Shown: in pieces, positions 19,178-30,170 of the stretch | How the letters are laid out: every line of letters starts with the position of its first letter | How positions within the stretch are numbered: position 1 is the first letter of the stretch | DNA from: Chloroflexota bacterium | Lineage (GTDB): Bacteria; Chloroflexota; JAJPGV01 | Direction: 5' to 3' | NCBI GenBank assembly: GCA_021325635.1 | Contig: JAJPGV010000056.1 | Coordinates: 67,037 to 131,036, forward strand | Length of the DNA stretch: 64,000 nt | Position numbers and translations under genes: made by a program | Notes under the pieces: generated by a model | The model's input: the letters and a program-made list of their open reading frames with translations, nothing else | Databases searched by the model: none | What the model was told of the DNA's origin: nothing

Positions 19178-20021
19178 GAGGAGACTGGCAGTGAGTGTCG
19201 ATAGTCCTGCAGTCCGTTTCTCGTCAGGCCTCTATGGAATGGTGCTGCGACTGTATCCACGCACCTTTCAGCTTCGCTATCGGGACGAAACACTGCGGGT
19301 CTTTCGCGACGACTGCCGTGCCAGTCTGGCAACAGGCGGCCAGCTGGCCCTGGTCCAGCTTTGGCTGCGCTCACTCAACGACGTGCTCGGGTGTGCCGCC
19401 GGTGAGCACCTGGCGGAGTGGACGTCCGAGCATCCGGCGCAGCGCCGCAGCGCCCGTGGCCAGGCGCTTTTGACGATTCTGCTCGGGTTGGGCGTGGTCG
19501 CGGTCTTTCTGACTGACATGAATACGCCTCCCGAAACACCGATGGCGGTGATGTATGCCTGCGCTCTTTTTGCCGCTGGTGCGCTTCTGCCGCCGCGGCT
19601 AGCGGCACTTATCGGGATCGCCACCCTGAGCGTCTACGTCGTGGACGGCTGGGTAGCTGCCAGTGGCTGGAGCGGCTACCGCCTGTTGGGTCTCGTGGCC
19701 CTGCTGGCCGCAGGTACATGGGCGCTCCGAACGGGAGCCGATCATGCGCGTCTGAGGGCAGCCAGCGTCTCATCGTCGCCTTCGCGAACGAGCTCATCGC
19801 TACTGGCCCAGGGCGTACTTAGCCCAGCCCTCGAGGCTGGCTCCCCAGCCTCGCCCGAGCAGGCGATCAGGCTATTACGTTTGCTGGCGGCAGACGCAAC
19901 CACGCTTACGACAGATGACCTCGTTCGTGTACTCAACGCCAGCATCGCGGCGTTCGAGACTGCCAGCGGGGCAGTGAAAGAGTCTTCTGGCAGCGCGAAC
20001 GGCGACCTACCGGCTCCGTAA
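19155..20021 (+). CDS. PadR-associated membrane protein (hypothetical)
   Basis: Overlaps the padR stop; several TM helices in the middle; the 3' ~280 nt overlap the convergent TetR ORF and are low-complexity, so the real C-terminus is uncertain. Confidence 0.4.
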   Translation: MRPRWLARRRLAVSVDSPAVRFSSGLYGMVLRLYPRTFQLRYRDETLRVFRDDCRASLATGGQLALVQLWLRSLNDVLGCAAGEHLAEWTSEHPAQRRSARGQALLTILLGLGVVAVFLTDMNTPPETPMAVMYACALFAAGALLPPRLAALIGIATLSVYVVDGWVAASGWSGYRLLGLVALLAAGTWALRTGADHARLRAASVSSSPSRTSSSLLAQGVLSPALEAGSPASPEQAIRLLRLLAADATTLTTDDLVRVLNASIAAFETASGAVKESSGSANGDLPAP

Positions 20022-20617
20022 AGCCCGCGAGCGAAAAGCCTGAGTATGGCGATGACTTGGGCCTCCGAGCCCGTCGCCAGCAGGAGACGCTCGAACGTCG
20101 CGTAGCTGGTCAGGGCCCAGATGGCCCCAGCCACACTATGGAGCGATTGGCCATCCGCGAGCTCCTGTGCATCGGCCAGCCGTGCAACGAGATCCAAGAT
20201 AAGACGGTAGCGCTGTTCGTCCCAGGCGGACACGACCCGTTCAGCCTCGGGGGCGAGAGCAGCCAGAGCCATCAACCTGCGCCAGATCACATAATCGACT
20301 GCCCACATGTGGCATGACTGCGCGATCAGCAGGTCGAGCGCTTCAACGGCGTCATGAGCAGCAGCGGCTGCCTCGATGAAAGCCATTCCGCCGCGCTGAA
20401 GCGCATCCTCGAGGACAGCTTGCAGGAGTCCGAGGCGCGATTCAAAGTGGCAGTGAATCGTCGATCGGGCGACGCCTACGGCGCGTTCGATGCGCTTGAG
20501 GTTGAGTGCCTCCAGACCGCCCTCGGCCAGCATCTGACGGGTGCCCTCGATGATGCGCCGTCGGGTGCCGGAAAGTTGCTCCTGGCGACTACCCGTCCGC
20601 GCCACAAAGCGCTCCAC
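19742..20617 (-). CDS. TetR family transcriptional regulator with a long low-complexity C-terminal tail
   Basis: N-terminal TetR HTH (RRRIIEGTRQMLAEGGLEALNLKRIERAVGVARSTIHCHFESRLGLLQAVLE) plus ligand-domain helices to ~aa 205; ORF continues 85 aa to the stop at 19742. Confidence 0.7.
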   Translation of the reverse strand: MERFVARTGSRQEQLSGTRRRIIEGTRQMLAEGGLEALNLKRIERAVGVARSTIHCHFESRLGLLQAVLEDALQRGGMAFIEAAAAAHDAVEALDLLIAQSCHMWAVDYVIWRRLMALAALAPEAERVVSAWDEQRYRLILDLVARLADAQELADGQSLHSVAGAIWALTSYATFERLLLATGSEAQVIAILRLFARGLYGAGRSPFALPEDSFTAPLAVSNAAMLALSTRTRSSVVSVVASAASKRNSLIACSGEAGEPASRAGLSTPWASSDELVREGDDETLAALRRA

Positions 20618-20726
20618 GCGGCATGTATGCCTGACTGTTCCGCGATTGCAGATGGGCCTCCAATAGGTTGGCGGGCCTCACCTCGTTGTGAGACCCGTCA
20701 CCTCATTTCTTGCGTCTAAAGGTCAA

Positions 20727-22070
20727 CTAGACCTGGTAGGCAAGCTCCCCGTGCTGGGTCACGTCGAGCCCGGCCAGCTCCTCGTGCTCGGGCACGCGCA
20801 GGCCGATCGTGACGTCGATGAGCTTCAGCAGCACGAACGTCATGACGCCCGAATACGCCCAGCTGGCCAGCACGGCGATGAGCTGTACGCCCAGCTGACC
20901 CGGGTTGCCATAGAACAGACCATTCCCGCCGGCCTGGTTCACCAGGACCGTCGCGAACAGACCAGTGGCCAACGCGCCGAAGGTGCCACCGATGCCATGC
21001 ACGGCCCACACGTCCAGCGCGTCGTCGAAGCCAAGCTTGTTCTTCAGCTGCACCGCGCCGTAGCAGACCGCGCCGGCGCCGAAGCCGATGAGGATGGATG
21101 CCAGTGGATTGACATAGCCGGAAGCGGGCGTGATGGCGACCAAACCGGCAACGGCGCCGGCAGCTCCACCGATAGCGCTGGGCTGCTTCTCGTGCATCCA
21201 GCTCAGGGTCATCCACGTCAGCGCGCCCATGGCGGCAGCCGTGTTGGTGACGACGAATGCGCTGGTGGCCAGTCCGCCGCTGGCCAGAGCCGAGCCGGCG
21301 TTGAAGCCAAACCAGCCGAACCACAGTAAGCCGGCGCCGAGGATGGTCATCGTGGCATCGTGCGGCTCCATGGGCTCATCGCCAAGCCCAAGGCGCTTGC
21401 CCAGCATGAGTGCCGCGACCAGCGCCGCAACACCGGAGCTGATGTGCACGACGGTCCCACCGGCGAAGTCCAGGGCGCCCAGGGAATGCAGCCAGCCGCC
21501 TGCTCCCCAGACCCAATGCGCAATGGGGTCATAGACCAGCGTCGCCCACAGCAAGCTGAAGATGACGAACGCCTTGAAGCGTTTACGCTCGGCGAACGCG
21601 CCGGTGATGAGTGCGGGCGTGATGACCGCGAACATCATCTGGAACAACATGTACGCCTGGTGCGGGATCGTGGGCGCATAGTCGGGATTGGGATCCAGAC
21701 CGACGCCGTTCAGACCGGCCCAGTCGAGTCCGCCGATAAAGCCCCAGTGGTCCGGCCCGAAAGCCAGACTGTAGCCAAAAAGCACCCATTGGACGCTGAT
21801 GAGGGCCAGGATGAGAAAGCTGTAGAAGATGGTCGAGAGGACGTTTTTCTTGCGGACAAGACCACCGTAGAAGAAGCCGAGCGCGGGCGTCATCAGCATC
21901 ACGAGCGCGCCTGAGGCGAGCACCCAGGCGGTATCGCCGGAATCGATCTTTGCCGGAGCACTATCGGGTGTTGCCGTCTGCGCCCAGGCGATTGCGGGAA
22001 GAGCCAAGGCCGCTGCGCCCGCCGTCACACCGACGACCGCACGCTTAAGCCAGGTTTTGAAATGAATCAC
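20727..22070 (-). CDS. amt: Ammonium transporter (Amt/MEP/Rh family)
   Basis: 447 aa; signal peptide then Amt hallmarks (DTAWVLASGALVMLMTPALGFFYGGLVRKKN...; twin-His region HGIGGTFGALATGLF). Confidence 0.95.
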   Translation of the reverse strand: MIHFKTWLKRAVVGVTAGAAALALPAIAWAQTATPDSAPAKIDSGDTAWVLASGALVMLMTPALGFFYGGLVRKKNVLSTIFYSFLILALISVQWVLFGYSLAFGPDHWGFIGGLDWAGLNGVGLDPNPDYAPTIPHQAYMLFQMMFAVITPALITGAFAERKRFKAFVIFSLLWATLVYDPIAHWVWGAGGWLHSLGALDFAGGTVVHISSGVAALVAALMLGKRLGLGDEPMEPHDATMTILGAGLLWFGWFGFNAGSALASGGLATSAFVVTNTAAAMGALTWMTLSWMHEKQPSAIGGAAGAVAGLVAITPASGYVNPLASILIGFGAGAVCYGAVQLKNKLGFDDALDVWAVHGIGGTFGALATGLFATVLVNQAGGNGLFYGNPGQLGVQLIAVLASWAYSGVMTFVLLKLIDVTIGLRVPEHEELAGLDVTQHGELAYQV

Positions 22071-22444
22071 TCACACCTCCGAAATGACTGCTCACGCCTG
22101 GTGAAGTGCATTGGCGAGCGGGACGGCACGTGCACATGCCGTTGCTCAACAACTGCTTTCCCCAAGCATGTACCCAATACGGGTATATGCGTTATCACTC
22201 TAGTTGGGGGAGGGCAGGTCGTCATCAGGCGACATCAACGAAGATTCCGCAGCGTATTTGGGCAATGTGCACACTGGCCGGTTGTGCGACTCCGGAAGCA
22301 GCCCGACGGCGAGTGGATGGCGGCGTCTTTCTGTTCCCCTGTCAGCGCCAGCTGTAAATTGACCCAGTAGCGCCAACTCGGAATTGACCCACCCCAGCGG
22401 GAGCTGGCTTCCGAAAGGAAGCCGGCAGTGTCCAATGAGATTCC

Positions 22445-23673
22445 GTGCTGGGAGGCCGAAACGTGAGACAGATCTACGAGATGCATGCCGCTGGCGCGTC
22501 GGTGCGCACCATTGCCCGGACGCTGGGGATCGCCCGCAACTCGGTCCGAAAGTACCTGCGAGCGCCGGAAGTGCCGAAGCCGCCGCCGCGACCGCCGAGG
22601 GGCTCGAAGCTCGACCCATACGCTGACTATCTCCATGAGCAGCTGGGCCGCGGCGTCGATAACTGCGTGGTGCTGCTGCGCGAGCTCAGAGCACAGGGCT
22701 ACGACGGCAGCTACACGCTGCTGAAGAACTTCGTGCAGCCGCTGCGGCGCCGGCGCCAGCCAGTCGCGACGATGCGCTTTGAGACAACACCGGGCGACCA
22801 GGCGCAGGTGGACTGGGGCACGTTCCGTTACCAGACGCCGGAGGGGACGACGAAGACCATCTACGCCTTCGTGCTTGTGCTGAGCTGGTCGAGAGCGATG
22901 TACGTCGAATTCGTGCCCAAATGCGACGTGGCCACCTTCATCCGCTGTCATATCCATGCCTTCGAGCAGCTGGGCGGCATCCCGCGGCGCTGCCTGTACG
23001 ACAACGCCAAGGTGGTGGTGCTCGGTCGCGACGAGGCCGGCGAGCCCGACTGGAACAGCCGCTTCCTGGACTTTGCGCTGCGGCTGGGGTTCCGCATTCA
23101 GCTATGCCACCCCTACCGGCCGCAGACCAAAGGGCGGGTGGAGAGCGGCGTGAAGTACGTGCGCGGCAATTTCTGGCCGACCGCCACATTCACCAACCTG
23201 GCGGACTTGAACCGGCAGGCGCAAACCTGGGTCGCCGGCATCGCTCACCTCCGAGAACACGGCACCACACACGAGCAGCCGGCTGCCCGGCTCAAGCGCG
23301 AACAGGGCGAGTTGGCCAGCCTGCCGGCAGCCAGCACGTTGGAGCCGTTCCTCAGGGAGGAGCGCTTGGTTGGCCGCGATGGCTTCGTCCAATGGGAGCG
23401 CTCTTGGTACGGCGTGCAGTGGCCGTGGGTTGGCAAGACCGTCCAGGTCGAAGCCGACCAGAGCAGTGTCCAGCTATGGTCAGGCGACCGCCGGCTGGCA
23501 GTGCATCCTCGTGCGCTGCAGCCAGGTCAGCGCTTCCCGCTTCCCGGCCAGTGGCAGGACTTGCCCCGTGGCGACGGCCGGCCCAAGCCGGAACCACTGG
23601 CAGTGCAGGTCCCGACCATTGACGTGCAGCGGCGGTCGTTGTCCGCCTACGACCAAATCCTGGAGGTCGCTGG

Positions 23674-23677
<4 letters not shown>
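22445..23677 (+). CDS. istA: IS21-family transposase IstA
   Basis: 410 aa; N-terminal HTH (ASVRTIARTLGIARNSVRKYL) and a DDE integrase core (QVDWGT...LSWSRAMYVEF...LYDNAKVVV...RPQTKGRVE). Confidence 0.9.
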
Positions 23678-24468
<791 letters not shown>

Positions 24469-24674
24469 CCCTCTTCTTTGTCACCAGGGTGGGTCAATTC
24501 CAACCTGGCGATGGTGGGTCAAATCTACGTTGGCGTTGACACCCCGCGCGACCGCCAGCGGCAACTTAGGCAATCTGCACAATGCGTGACACACATATTT
24601 GTGTCTTCTGCCGATGACAACGCGCGGACGCCCGCCTAATCTGACCGGAGGTAACAACACATAGGAGTTCGCTG

Positions 24675-24761
24675 ATGGAACTAGCGACGTCCCTCGTGCT
24701 CTTCCTTGGAATGGCGTTTTCTTGGGCTGTTCTGCCCACGCGCCACAGTAACGCCGACTAA
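24675..24761 (+). CDS. Possible 28-aa hydrophobic micropeptide
   Basis: AGGAG 7 nt upstream of ATG; MELATSLVLFLGMAFSWAVLPTRHSNAD; followed at 24781-24818 by a strong hairpin with flanking A/T runs. Below the ORF-track size cut-off. Confidence 0.25.
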   Translation: MELATSLVLFLGMAFSWAVLPTRHSNAD

Positions 24762-24780
24762 ACCCGCACAGTACCTCCAC

Positions 24781-24818
24781 AAAAGCCCGGGTGCCTTCTG
24801 TCGCCGCGGGCTTTTGCA
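24781..24818. terminator. Rho-independent (bidirectional-looking) terminator hairpin
   Basis: AAAAGCCCG ...15 nt loop... CGGGCTTTT followed by TTTGCATTT; A-run upstream and T-run downstream. Confidence 0.5.
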
Positions 24819-25741
24819 TTTGAAATTGGATGTCGCCATCCGGCAGTGAGCTGTCTCGAGCTCATCCGGGATGTTGCAAGGCAGCCATCCGGTCGCTGAC
24901 TTCGCGACCGAACTGCTGCTCGTTGCGAAGTGGGTCGCCTCCCATCAGCGTGAGCTCGTTTCGGCCTTGCTCTTCTGCTGCCCGCCGATGAGGTCCTGCA
25001 GCCAGACCTCGCGGTCCTGCCGCTTGACATCGAGGTACTCGGCGATAATGCACTGGGCCAGGGACGCTGGTGTGCAGTCCTCGACGGGCGCCCTGCAATT
25101 GGAGCTCCTTGCGCTGCTACGCATCAAGCTGCAGTGCGTCTGCGGCCGTTTCCGGAAGCGCCTCCGCAGACTGACCGAACAGCAGCTTGAACCGCCCCGG
25201 GTTTCTTAGAGGCTTCGCTTATTCGAAACTTGGCGTCTGACCAGCAGGGAACCTACGGCCCGAAGTCGGAATTTCCGGCAACGCATTGCCGCGTTCCTGC
25301 ATTTTTGGCCAACTTGCTCTTCACGGCAGACGCATGCTGCCCGTCATCCGAATACGGCACCGGCCAGCTTATGGTCGTCTGCACGGCAAGGGCTTCGTTA
25401 AAGCAACAGCGTCTGCCGCCGCCGCCGTGGCGGCGGGCCGCCGCCGGGGCGCCTGTGGCCCGCGGGGACACGCGCGCCCGGCGGCTACGGCAGCGGCACT
25501 CACAGCCCTGGGTAGGTGTGTTGTTCGCGGCGACAGCCCTCGGCGGGGAGCAGTCGGCGCCGCCGTCGTTATCGCGGCTACGCGGGCCGGCGGCGGGGTG
25601 GCCGCGGTGGTGGTCGTTAGCGCAACAGCGGCAGCGGTGGCCGCGGTTTGCCGCGGTTGCTTGTTAACGACATCGGCGCGCCGCGGGTGTCCCAGCTCCA
25701 AGCGTGGCTCGTAGCCCAGTGCTGCTCGCCTTGTCGCCAAC

Positions 25742-25987
25742 GTGAGAAAATGCGTTGTCTCGATGTCCGCTCCTTCACGCAAGCCACCGAGCCCATCGGC
25801 GGTTCGCCGGCGTTACGAAGTGGGCTACGACCAGACCAAGCGGCTCTACGTCGTGGAAGTGGTGGACCAAACCGGCGAACGCCGGCAGGTGGAAGCTTAC
25901 GCTGACTGGTTGACCGCCGACCGAATGCGTTCCGCCTGCAACGCCCGACTCCAGGAAACCGGCGCCTACCTTCCCGACCGCCGCTAG
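25742..25987 (+). CDS. Hypothetical small protein
   Basis: 81 aa (or 75 aa from M7); strongly GC3-biased codons; VRRRYEVGYDQTKRLYVVEVVDQTGERRQVEAYADWLTADRMRSACNARLQETG. Confidence 0.4.
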   Translation: MRKCVVSMSAPSRKPPSPSAVRRRYEVGYDQTKRLYVVEVVDQTGERRQVEAYADWLTADRMRSACNARLQETGAYLPDRR

Positions 25988-26146
25988 TCGTCGGGCCCTC
26001 CCCCGTCGTGGCTACCGGACACGTAGCGCGTTGCTGTGTGGCGCCGCCAGGCGAACCGTGTCGTTCCTGATTCCGTACAGAGAGATGAGTCCAAGGCGGC
26101 TCAATCTCGGCCCTGACGCCTGGAGTGAACTCGAAGGAGGTGGCCA

Positions 26147-26389
26147 ATGCTCTATGGACTGGTAGCGGCAACGGCCAAAGGTGCGCACGAACGGCTTCAA
26201 CGAGAGCGTTGGGCGCGTGTCCTGGAGCAGCGGGCGCCGGCGGAGGTGACCGCGAGCGAAGCGGCGGAGGTCATCGAGGTAAACGTCGACAGACTGCTGC
26301 AGGTGCTGCAGCGAAGTGCTCCCTTTGAGCTGGTACCCGATGTCAGATTCGGACGCGACGCCCTCGTGCGAGCGCTTCGCAAACCTTAG
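26147..26389 (+). CDS. Hypothetical small protein
   Basis: 80 aa; near-consensus RBS GAAGGAGGTG 7 nt upstream of the ATG; no family recognised. Confidence 0.45.
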   Translation: MLYGLVAATAKGAHERLQRERWARVLEQRAPAEVTASEAAEVIEVNVDRLLQVLQRSAPFELVPDVRFGRDALVRALRKP

Positions 26390-26422
26390 CGTCGAGAAGT
26401 CGCCGCTGCGCGCGACGTCGCT

Positions 26423-27595
26423 CTAGCCGCGCACCGGCGACTTCTCGAGTCGGTCCATGACGGCCTGCGCTATGGGCTCACCCACGCGCGCGATGATCGG
26501 TCCCGTGATCGCCAGGATGAGCACGTAGCCCGCGGCCAGCGGGCCAAGCCGCGGCTCGGCGACGGCGGCCAGCCCGGCAATAACGATGTTGAACTCACCC
26601 CTGGCGATAAGGACGGTACCGGCCCGCACCCGGCCGACGGGGCCAATCCCTGCCCGTCGAGCGGCCCACCAGCCGGTGGCCATTTTGGTCGCGGCGGTAA
26701 TCGCCGCCAGGAGCAGCGCCGGGGCAAGCAGCGCCGGCAGCAGCGAGGGATCGGTGTCCAACCCGAAGAAGACGAAGAAGACTGCCGCGAACAGGTCACG
26801 GAGCGGCGCAAGAACGCTGTGCGCGCCTTCCGCCACACGGCCTGACAGCGCGATGCCGATCAGGAAAGCACCGACAGCGCTTGAGACCTGCAGGTGATCG
26901 GCGATGCCCGCCACCAGCAAGGCCAGGCCGAAGACTCGCAACAGTAAGACTTCGTCGTCCGAGCTGAACACCAGCCGGTTGATGACGTGACCGAGTCGGA
27001 GCGCCACCAGCAGCACAATGCCAATCGCGCCGACGGCAATGACCTCGGCCACGGCCGCCGCCCCGGCGCTGGCGCCGGCCACGAGAGCGGTCAGCAGTGG
27101 CAGGTAAAAGGCCATCGACAGATCCTCCAGGACCAGTAAGGACAGCACGACCGGCGTCTCGCGGTTGCCCAACCGGTTCAGGTCGGCCAGCAGCTTGGCG
27201 GCGATACCGGAGGAGGCCGCGTAGGTCACGCCGGCCATGGCAGCCACGGCGGCCGGCGGCCAGCCCGTCACGATCCCGAAGATGGCCCCGGGCGCGGCGT
27301 TGAGGACGATATTGAGCACGCCGGCAGGCGCCTGGGCGCGGAGGTTCTCTAGCAGCTCGGCGGCCGAGTATTCGAGCCCCAGCAACAGCAGCAGTAGGAT
27401 GACGCCGATCTCGGCGCCGGTGGCCAGGAAGTCTTCGCTGGTCGTCAGTGGCACGATGCCGCCCCTGCCGAAGGCCAGCCCGGCCAGCAAGTACAGCGGG
27501 ATGGGCGACAGGCCAATCAGCCGGGCCAACCGCCCCAGAATGCCAAGCCCGAAGATGATGGCTCCGAGCTCGACGAAGATGCCGCCGGAATGCAC
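26423..27595 (-). CDS. Monovalent cation:proton antiporter-2 (CPA2/Kef-type) membrane subunit
   Basis: 390 aa, ~12 TM; sodium/hydrogen exchanger family motifs (LLLLGLEYS; PVVLSLLVLEDLSMAF). Confidence 0.85.
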   Translation of the reverse strand: MHSGGIFVELGAIIFGLGILGRLARLIGLSPIPLYLLAGLAFGRGGIVPLTTSEDFLATGAEIGVILLLLLLGLEYSAAELLENLRAQAPAGVLNIVLNAAPGAIFGIVTGWPPAAVAAMAGVTYAASSGIAAKLLADLNRLGNRETPVVLSLLVLEDLSMAFYLPLLTALVAGASAGAAAVAEVIAVGAIGIVLLVALRLGHVINRLVFSSDDEVLLLRVFGLALLVAGIADHLQVSSAVGAFLIGIALSGRVAEGAHSVLAPLRDLFAAVFFVFFGLDTDPSLLPALLAPALLLAAITAATKMATGWWAARRAGIGPVGRVRAGTVLIARGEFNIVIAGLAAVAEPRLGPLAAGYVLILAITGPIIARVGEPIAQAVMDRLEKSPVRG

Positions 27596-27598
27596 CAG

Positions 27599-28174
27599 CT
27601 AGCCCGCGGTGAAAATGCGGCCGACGGCCTCGATGCCTTCGCGGGTGCCGACGACTACCACGCGATCGCCACCCTGAAAACGGAAATCGGGGCCAGGCGA
27701 CGGCAGGACCTGCTCGTCCCGCAGCACCGCCACGATGGACGCACCCGTGCGCGTGCGCGCCTGCGTGTCGCCGAGAGTGCGATTGTCATAGGGTGAGCCA
27801 GCCGCGACGCCGATCTCCTCGCTAGCCAGCCCGGCGACCTGTTCGTGCAGCGCTGCCAGCCGCTCGACGATGCGTGGCGCGCCCAGGATCTCGGCCAGGG
27901 CATCAGCTTCCTCAGAGCGCAGCGGGATGCTCTCGCTGCAGCGATCCGGGTCGTGACGGTCGTACACCAGGAGATCGCGCTGGCCTGTTCGGTGGGAGAC
28001 CACACCAATGCGCCGCCCACCGTGAGTCTGGAAGTCGTGCCGCAGGCCAATACCCGGAAGGCGCACCTCATCGACGCGGAGACCACCCTCGCCAGGCAGC
28101 TGGCGTGCGTCCGAACTCATTTCCAACCTCCGACGTGGACTTGCACCAGGCGAGTGCTGGACAGAGAATGCCAC
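27599..28174 (-). CDS. TrkA-C (RCK_C) tandem-domain regulatory protein, KhtT-like partner of the CPA2 antiporter
   Basis: Two RCK_C/TrkA-C repeats (RVDEVRLPGIGLRHDFQTHGGRRIGVV...; SEEIGVAAGSPYDNRTLGDTQARTRTGASIVAVLRDEQVLPSPGPDFRFQGGDRVVVVG); stop 4 nt from the antiporter start. Alternative start M19 (28120). Confidence 0.8.
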   Translation of the reverse strand: MAFSVQHSPGASPRRRLEMSSDARQLPGEGGLRVDEVRLPGIGLRHDFQTHGGRRIGVVSHRTGQRDLLVYDRHDPDRCSESIPLRSEEADALAEILGAPRIVERLAALHEQVAGLASEEIGVAAGSPYDNRTLGDTQARTRTGASIVAVLRDEQVLPSPGPDFRFQGGDRVVVVGTREGIEAVGRIFTAG

Positions 28175-28192
28175 GACCCATACGGAATCCAG

Positions 28193-29485
28193 TCACGCCC
28201 CGACATTGACGCCGACAAGCCCGAGCACCGTCACCACCAGATAGGCGATCGACAGCAGGCTCACGCCGCCGACCGTACCGTATGCCAGCACATTCCGAAC
28301 AGGTCCATTGGCGTGTTTGCCCATCACCGCGCGGTCGTTCACCAGTCGCACCATCGTGACCAGCTCGATGGGCAGCAGCAAGCCGTTGACGACCTGGGTG
28401 ACGATTAGCAGCTGGATGACGTCGATGCCGGGAATGAGCGCAACAGCCGCCCCGAACGCCAGCAGCCCGGTGAACAAGCCTAGGAACACCGGCGCTTCGC
28501 GGAAGCTTCGGGAGACGCCTCGTTCGAAACCCAGGGCCTCGGTGACGGAGTAGGTTGTGGTCAGCGGCAGCACGGCGGCCGCCAGGGTCGAAGCCCCGAA
28601 CAGTCCAATCCCAAACAGGTAGCCGGCAAACGGACCGGCCAACGGTGAGAGCGCCTGCGCCGCGTCCTGCGCGGTCTGGACATCGAGGTGTTCCACGAAC
28701 AACGTCGCGCCGGTGGCGATGATGATGAAGGCGGCGATGACGTCGCTGAAGATCGCGCCTGCGTAGGCGTCGACGCGCTCTCGAGCGAGATGCTCGGCGC
28801 CGGAACCGCGGTCGGCGACGGCCGACTGCAGGTACAGCTGCATGTAGGGCGTGACGGTCGTGCCGACCGTCGCGACGAACAGCAGCAAGTAGCCGCTATC
28901 GAGCTGGAAGCTCGGGACAACGAGCTGCTGGCCAACCTGTGCCCAGTCCGGCTTGGCCAGCGCGGCTGCAATCGGGTAGGCCAAAAAGACAAGCGTCATC
29001 ACGAGGAAGACGACTTCCACGCGTTTGTAGCTGCCCTTCACGACCAGCCACCACACCAGGGCCGCCGTGGCGGGAATCGCAATCAGCCGCGGCAGGCCGA
29101 ACAGCTCAGCGGCCGCACCTATGCCGGCGAACTCCGAGACCACCAGGGCACTGTTGGCGATAAACAACGACAGCAGCACGAAGGTCGTCCAGTGGATGCC
29201 GAACCGCTCGCGGACCAGGTCCGAGAAGCCTTTGCCCGTGACGGCACCCATGCGCGCCGCCATCTCCTGCACGACGGCCAGGCTGACGGTAATCACCAGC
29301 ATCATCCACAGCATGCGGTAGCCGTACCTGGCACCGACCGAGGCGTACGTGGCGATACCGCCGGCGTCGTTGCCAGCGTTGGCGGCGATGAGGCCGGGAC
29401 CCAGGACTGAGAGGTACGCCAGGAGCCGTGATCGCCGGCGTAGTTTCAATGGAAAGCGCAGAATCAAAGGGCACCTCCGCGACAC
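28193..29485 (-). CDS. mntH: NRAMP-family divalent metal (Mn2+/Fe2+) transporter
   Basis: 430 aa; GPGLIAANAGNDAGGIATY (DPGN-type) and MPH-region motifs of the Nramp family. Confidence 0.9.
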   Translation of the reverse strand: MSRRCPLILRFPLKLRRRSRLLAYLSVLGPGLIAANAGNDAGGIATYASVGARYGYRMLWMMLVITVSLAVVQEMAARMGAVTGKGFSDLVRERFGIHWTTFVLLSLFIANSALVVSEFAGIGAAAELFGLPRLIAIPATAALVWWLVVKGSYKRVEVVFLVMTLVFLAYPIAAALAKPDWAQVGQQLVVPSFQLDSGYLLLFVATVGTTVTPYMQLYLQSAVADRGSGAEHLARERVDAYAGAIFSDVIAAFIIIATGATLFVEHLDVQTAQDAAQALSPLAGPFAGYLFGIGLFGASTLAAAVLPLTTTYSVTEALGFERGVSRSFREAPVFLGLFTGLLAFGAAVALIPGIDVIQLLIVTQVVNGLLLPIELVTMVRLVNDRAVMGKHANGPVRNVLAYGTVGGVSLLSIAYLVVTVLGLVGVNVGA

Positions 29486-30170
29486 GAGAGGTCTGCTCAG
29501 CGAGCAGCCAGGAGACGCGGAGCGGCCTCACTACGCCCGCGGCAGCAACTCCCGGGGACTGAGGGCGTCCGCGTAGGACACGACGAAAACCAGCCGAGGC
29601 TGGCGACGACTACCAGGGTCGGGGTCCACGGACGCTCTCACCTCCTTTCAGCATGGGCGCTCGAACGGCGCGCCCGGAGGCGAGTCAACCTAGAGGAGGA
29701 AGGACCTCCACATGGGGTGAGCAGCTCCGGCGCAGGGGCTTATGCGCCAATTGGATATGGCCTTACGATGACTATCTCCCGGCTCCAAGAGCTCGACCAC
29801 CCCCTTTCCAAAGAAGCCCGCGGCGCCAGTCGTGTGCTTGCCGCGCGGCCCGAGCAGTGTAGCACCGCACATCCCGCCAGTGGCCATGTCGGCATCGCAA
29901 CTGCGGATCGCCATCAGTTCGGCAACCAAACCAGGCGCTCCTTGCATTAGCACCAACGCGTTGCGGTTATGAATGACGGTTCCAAGCTCGGTTTGTGCTC
30001 AAACTCCGGCAACGCCGAGGACGCATGGCCGGCCAATTTCTTGGGTTGAGTTACGGGCGCTGCGTCGGCCGCCGCTCCTCCTCCTCCCCTGCCTGAAACG
30101 GAGGCGGCGCCGCCACGCGGGGGTGTGTGGTGGCCCAATGGCGCGGGGGGTGAGAGCCGCCGTTACGAGG

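Noticed and set aside
22062-22370. ORFs 22062..22370 and 22106..22357 between amt and the IS21 left end
   Set aside because: They lie in the amt upstream/promoter region interrupted by the IS. The translations are Cys/Arg-rich and not protein-like.
29486-29690. Mn-sensing (yybP-ykoY) riboswitch in the mntH leader
   Set aside because: That riboswitch class controls exporters rather than NRAMP importers, and no recognisable conserved four-way-junction motifs were seen. MntR/DtxR-type repression is more likely, but no clear operator was identified either.
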